From positions 62,001 to 126,000 of the forward strand of contig JALDZS010000053.1 in the NCBI GenBank assembly GCA_022813965.1: a stretch of DNA of 64,000 nucleotides, given 5' to 3'. Positions 59,807 through 64,000 of this stretch are shown here, piece by piece; position 1 is the stretch's first letter, and the number at the start of each line of letters is the position of its first letter. The notes beneath the pieces were generated by a model, which saw nothing but the letters and a program-made list of their open reading frames with translations, had not been told where the DNA came from and searched no databases. Source of the stretch: Toensbergia leucococca. Taxonomy: Eukaryota. A program made the position numbers and the translations under genes.

Positions 59807-61084
59807 ATGAGTACACCTCATCGAGGCCTTCCGCCTCCCTCGACCATGGTGTCCAATCCTGATCGTGGTCCGCCCTCGGTCAACCTACCCATGGGTCAAC
59901 TCCCAGCAGCACCAACGCAATGGCACGGTGCTGATGAGTCGATGCGCAATTGGCTGCAGGCAAAAGCAGAAGAAGATCGACGAAAACAAGAGGAAGAACG
60001 GACCCGACAAGAGACCTTGAGGCTGGAGCAGCGCAAGATCGAGCAAACCATGCTACGAGAATCACTTCAGGGTGGAATTCCACCGCATATGGTGCCCATG
60101 GTTTTTGCTGGTATGGGGGGCGGTAATCTGGCAAATGCGAGCTTGGAATGGGCTCAACACTACATGGCTCAAATCACTCTCCAGCAGCAGGCCCAATTGC
60201 AACAGCAACAATTACAAGCACAAACCACGCCTGAGCTACGTCGAGAATCTCGCATGCTTGGAGGTCCTCAACCGAACCCGTACGGCGCGCAACAGCCACA
60301 AGCAGTGCCGCAGAACGCCGCGGTTCTTCCCGGGCAACAACTGCCCTCGCAGCAACAGCCAAACGCAGAGTTCATGCCTTCATATCAAACTCCCAACATC
60401 CCCACTGATCGGGCAAGAACGCAACAGCCGTCCATACAAGCAGCCCAACCAACTTCCGCCCCAAGAGCGCCAGCTCAATCGACCCTGCCACGTCTCAATA
60501 CGGGAGAAATGCAGATTCATCCGCCCCCACAAGGTCCCCCTAACATCCAATTAGCTAGCCAACACCCTGTCCAGCAAGCACACGCTACCCAGCAACGAGA
60601 TCAGCACCCTTCGTCGCCTTCCATCTACTTTCACCATTGGGTCCCGCCAACAACACAAGCAGGAGCCAAGGATCCACAAACACCCTCCGGCAAGAGTCAA
60701 CACGAATCCCCGTACTCTCAAAATGCAGCTTCTCATCTTCGATCGGAATATACCAGCTCACCCAAGAAGCGAAAAGCCACTGGTTCCCACCACGTGAATC
60801 CTGCACCTTCATCGAACCACCCCGACACATCTCCATCCTTCTCGCAAAACGCGTCATCCTCCCGCCGCAGAGGACACTCGAGGCAACGTAGCGATGGCTC
60901 CACCCGACATCGGCAACAACCGGGAAGCGGACGTCAGAGCATGTCAGAAGCCGAAAGTGGAAGTCAACGGCAAGTCTCCACTCAACCCGAAACACGCCAA
61001 AGCCTATATTCGGCTGGTCCGGAAACAAGACATGGCAGTGAGCGAAATAGCAGTCCCAAAAGAGAGCCTGAAGGACCGTCATAG
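59807..61084 (+). CDS. Conserved Q/P-rich fungal hypothetical protein with a coiled coil (probably nuclear)
   Basis: MSTPHRGLPPP, WLQAKAEEDRRKQEEERTRQETLRLEQRKIEQ.ML..SL.GGIPP, SIYFHHWVPP and SPKKRK (NLS-like). The ORF is open from 59657, so the start is uncertain. Confidence 0.82.
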   Translation: MSTPHRGLPPPSTMVSNPDRGPPSVNLPMGQLPAAPTQWHGADESMRNWLQAKAEEDRRKQEEERTRQETLRLEQRKIEQTMLRESLQGGIPPHMVPMVFAGMGGGNLANASLEWAQHYMAQITLQQQAQLQQQQLQAQTTPELRRESRMLGGPQPNPYGAQQPQAVPQNAAVLPGQQLPSQQQPNAEFMPSYQTPNIPTDRARTQQPSIQAAQPTSAPRAPAQSTLPRLNTGEMQIHPPPQGPPNIQLASQHPVQQAHATQQRDQHPSSPSIYFHHWVPPTTQAGAKDPQTPSGKSQHESPYSQNAASHLRSEYTSSPKKRKATGSHHVNPAPSSNHPDTSPSFSQNASSSRRRGHSRQRSDGSTRHRQQPGSGRQSMSEAESGSQRQVSTQPETRQSLYSAGPETRHGSERNSSPKREPEGPS

Positions 61085-63419
61085 ATTTAATTTGAAAAAA
61101 AGATTGGCTGAGATTTTAATGGGGAATGGTTGATGTATGATATGTCTGGTTCTAGCTCGTTATATGTCTATACCCTTCTTGCGTATTGCTTCCTGCATCG
61201 ACCAACAGGTCGTGGTACCTTGCATGGTTGGTCGGACGTCATGATTTTTTTTCATCCATTCTACAGATTCCCCATTATCGATTGTTATCATGCCCTAGTG
61301 GCCAAGACTTTGTTCTTGTATTTTGTAATTCCGTAGTCTTGTTACTCGTATCTTTCTTCTTCGTGTTGAGGGGAAGCATCATCTTTTGCAGCTTGCACCA
61401 TTATCTTTCATGTCAAATAGGTATGGTGTGGAAGGAAGCGGCATCCTGTAAATTATATTTGTTCTGGCATCTGTATCGAGTAAAAGGAGAGCCTGGGTAT
61501 GTCTGACAATGTGTAACGTCACGAATTTCTATCCAGTTGAACGTTTATCAAATGTACTTGTATCTTCATTCGGGATCCAATGGGCAGAGAAACAACATGT
61601 CATTTTTCTTGGCCGCGCCGTTACGGAGTGACATTACTGGGACACGGCGGCAGCGGTTGGTTGTTGTTGTTGCTGTAGCAGGCTTCCTCGGCTCGTTCAG
61701 TCGTGTGTGCGATATTCAGGCAACCGACGGTGTGACGGCAACACCAACCTCCTAATAAGCAAGCGAAGCGACTTCTCGGCCAAAATGACACATGTCCAAT
61801 ATTGACTGCAGACCCCGACTGACTCCTCAGCCATCACAAAATTTATATGCGAAAATCCAATGGGTGCCGCCGGTGAGGGTACGCTACCTACCTATGATGA
61901 TTCATCCCTGAAGGCATTTGGGTCGGCATTCAGGTAATGGGCACGTGCGCCAGACTCGAATACGGTCTCTGTGGGAATCGGGCTTCCATCGAGGGACCAA
62001 TATTGCTGATTTAGCGCCTCGATGTATTAAGCCCAGGAAATGAGAGGCCTTTCTGTTCTCGCAATCTACTTTGCCTTTCTCATTAGCTATAGCCCTGAAA
62101 CCCCAGCACCGCGACCTTTGAAAGTTATGCGTATCTCACACAGGATCAACCAATTATCCCAGTTCAACAGGACGAATACCGTCTCGACCTCGCAAACTGC
62201 ACCCATCAGGCCCATACACCCCCTCCCCCTCCCCAAAACCCACAGTACCTGCCCCATTCTCATACCTCCTCCCCTAGTCTCGATTCCTCCGTTGGACAAG
62301 CACCTCCAAAAGCCCACAATGATCCCCAAGCCATATCTCACACCTCTCCCCTCCCAAATCCACCCCCAACAACCCAGGCTCCATTCAACCCTCACATCAC
62401 ATTTCCCACCAAAAAAAAAAGACAATTCTCCAGCATACATCCCAGAGACAGCATCTCAACAACCCCCCTAAAATATCCCCAAATCACTTCCACATCTCCA
62501 AGCAATAGAAAAAGAGCTGCAAACTCGAAAAACGCAACAGCGGTTTAATCCCGTTCTAGAAGTCCTAGGCCCCGGCACTTGCCTCAAAATTTCTAGTCCC
62601 CCAATACCAACCTATGACTTCTTCTTCCTTTGCCTCCACCCACCGGCTATGCGATTATCACTCTCACCAAGTTGGGAAAATACACCCTGTTTCCCTTCTC
62701 CGAAACAGCCAGTAAATCATCCATAGTTGAGAGTTCAAAGCCGAGAAAATAGCGACGGTATTCGTTGGTAACGGCTGGCCCTCTCCACTCCTCGGTCTTC
62801 CGATTCTATCTCGCCTGCTCTCGCCTCGTGTTCCGAACACTGAGACTCTATGCGATCCCTACTCTTCCCCGTGCGGTTTTCGAGCTTTGACGTTATCATT
62901 TCTCAGATCCCTATTAAGAACCGCAGGCGTCTATCAGGTATTTGTCTTATACGACATGATTTACATTGATCCATCATGTCTTCCTTTACTCTCCTCTCTC
63001 CTCTCCTTATTGGCCCCAATCCCCTTGCCTTGAACATATACAACCCAAGACCAAAAACCAAAAACCAACAAATCCCAGCAACCATCATCTCTCAACCCCC
63101 ATCAAGGAACAAGAACAATGCTCCCCCAAAAACTTCTACTCTGAAAATCTTAGCGCCCTGGATCAAAACCGGAAAGAAAAATTCATAGCGGTCATCGAAT
63201 GGCAAAGTCTTAGTATCCATGATAACAAATGAGATTTAAAAAAGAGTAACATCACAACTTTTCTGGCCTCTGTATCCCATGGTGCTAGTGCAGTTTAAGT
63301 TTCAAGCTCCTTGAACCCCCTTTTGATAAGAGCGCAGACATCTTTTCAGGTGAAAAAGGTGGTTGGTTTGGAGAATTACAATCTTTGTTGTTATTTCGAC
63401 CTCATCAAGTGTGTCTTCT

Positions 63420-64000
63420 CTCTCATCCCACCTTCCCCGCCTCTTTCTCCTTCCCCCCTTACCCAGAGAAGAAAAGAAAAAACAGATACACAAACCCCAA
63501 CCCCCCCCCCCCAAAAAACTCCCCCAATATACCCCGCCCCATCAGTCCTCTCAAAACCTCCAAAAACAAAGGAACGAAATAAAAAACATCTTCAAAGAAC
63601 ATTCATCCGAAACCCTCCTCCGCCATTTGGGGACGTCATCTTCGTCACAAAAAGTCGGTCTCTGGTAGTAGTCCCTGGTAGTCCTAAGCCCTCCCTCCCT
63701 CCTCCCTTCGAAAAGAAAAGACCAGAAAAAAAGACCAGAAAAAAAAAGAAATAGATAAAAAGGCATAATAAAAAAAAGGGGGGGCTTCAAACCAACCCTC
63801 AAAATGTCACAACCCAAAAAAAAAAACACCCCATCCCCAGCCCCCCCCCCCCCAACCCCCCCCCCCCCCCCCAAAAAAAAAAAAAAAAAAGTTCAGTCAC
63901 CGCCACCGCACCATTCCCCCTCCCCCCCCCCAACTCCAAAGAAAACAAAAAGTACCCCAGCCCCCAATCCTCCATTCGCCTCCAAATCCCGTTAAAAAAA
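63420..64000. repeat. Low-complexity poly-C/poly-A region
   Basis: Many long C and A homopolymers. May partly reflect poor consensus at a contig end. Confidence 0.7.

Noticed and set aside
62040..64000. P/K-rich ORFs near the window end
   Set aside because: They derive from C/A homopolymer runs, probably low-quality consensus, and have no credible protein motifs.

Overview
Gene-dense, intron-containing eukaryotic DNA from a filamentous ascomycete (Pezizomycotina: short GT-AG introns with CTRAC branch sites and recognisable fungal orthologues). About 22 protein-coding genes can be supported. Enzymes and transporters: two convergent SDRs, a CE4 deacetylase, a LicD/Mnn4-like phosphotransferase, a GNAT, the galactofuranose genes ugtA/glfB and ugmA/glfA, a DJ-1/PfpI protein and an amidohydrolase. 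Signalling and scaffold proteins: an OGFr-domain protein, a ~1784-aa ankyrin/coiled-coil protein, a group X hybrid histidine kinase and a PDK1-type kinase (Ksg1/Pkh). There are also two small secreted proteins and several hypotheticals. Two pseudogene relics are present (a GT32 mannosyltransferase and a Zn2Cys6-type transcription-factor tail). The most notable structures are: (i) two oppositely oriented copies of one long-TIR non-autonomous element bracketing the LicD gene; (ii) a multi-exon fusion of a SesB/SERAC1-like alpha/beta-hydrolase to a CorA-like membrane module; (iii) a Galf gene pair interrupted by three loci, including a decayed glycosyltransferase. No tRNA, rRNA or CRISPR features were seen. 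The last ~600 bp looks like low-quality contig-end sequence. All family assignments come from motif recognition, not from database searches.
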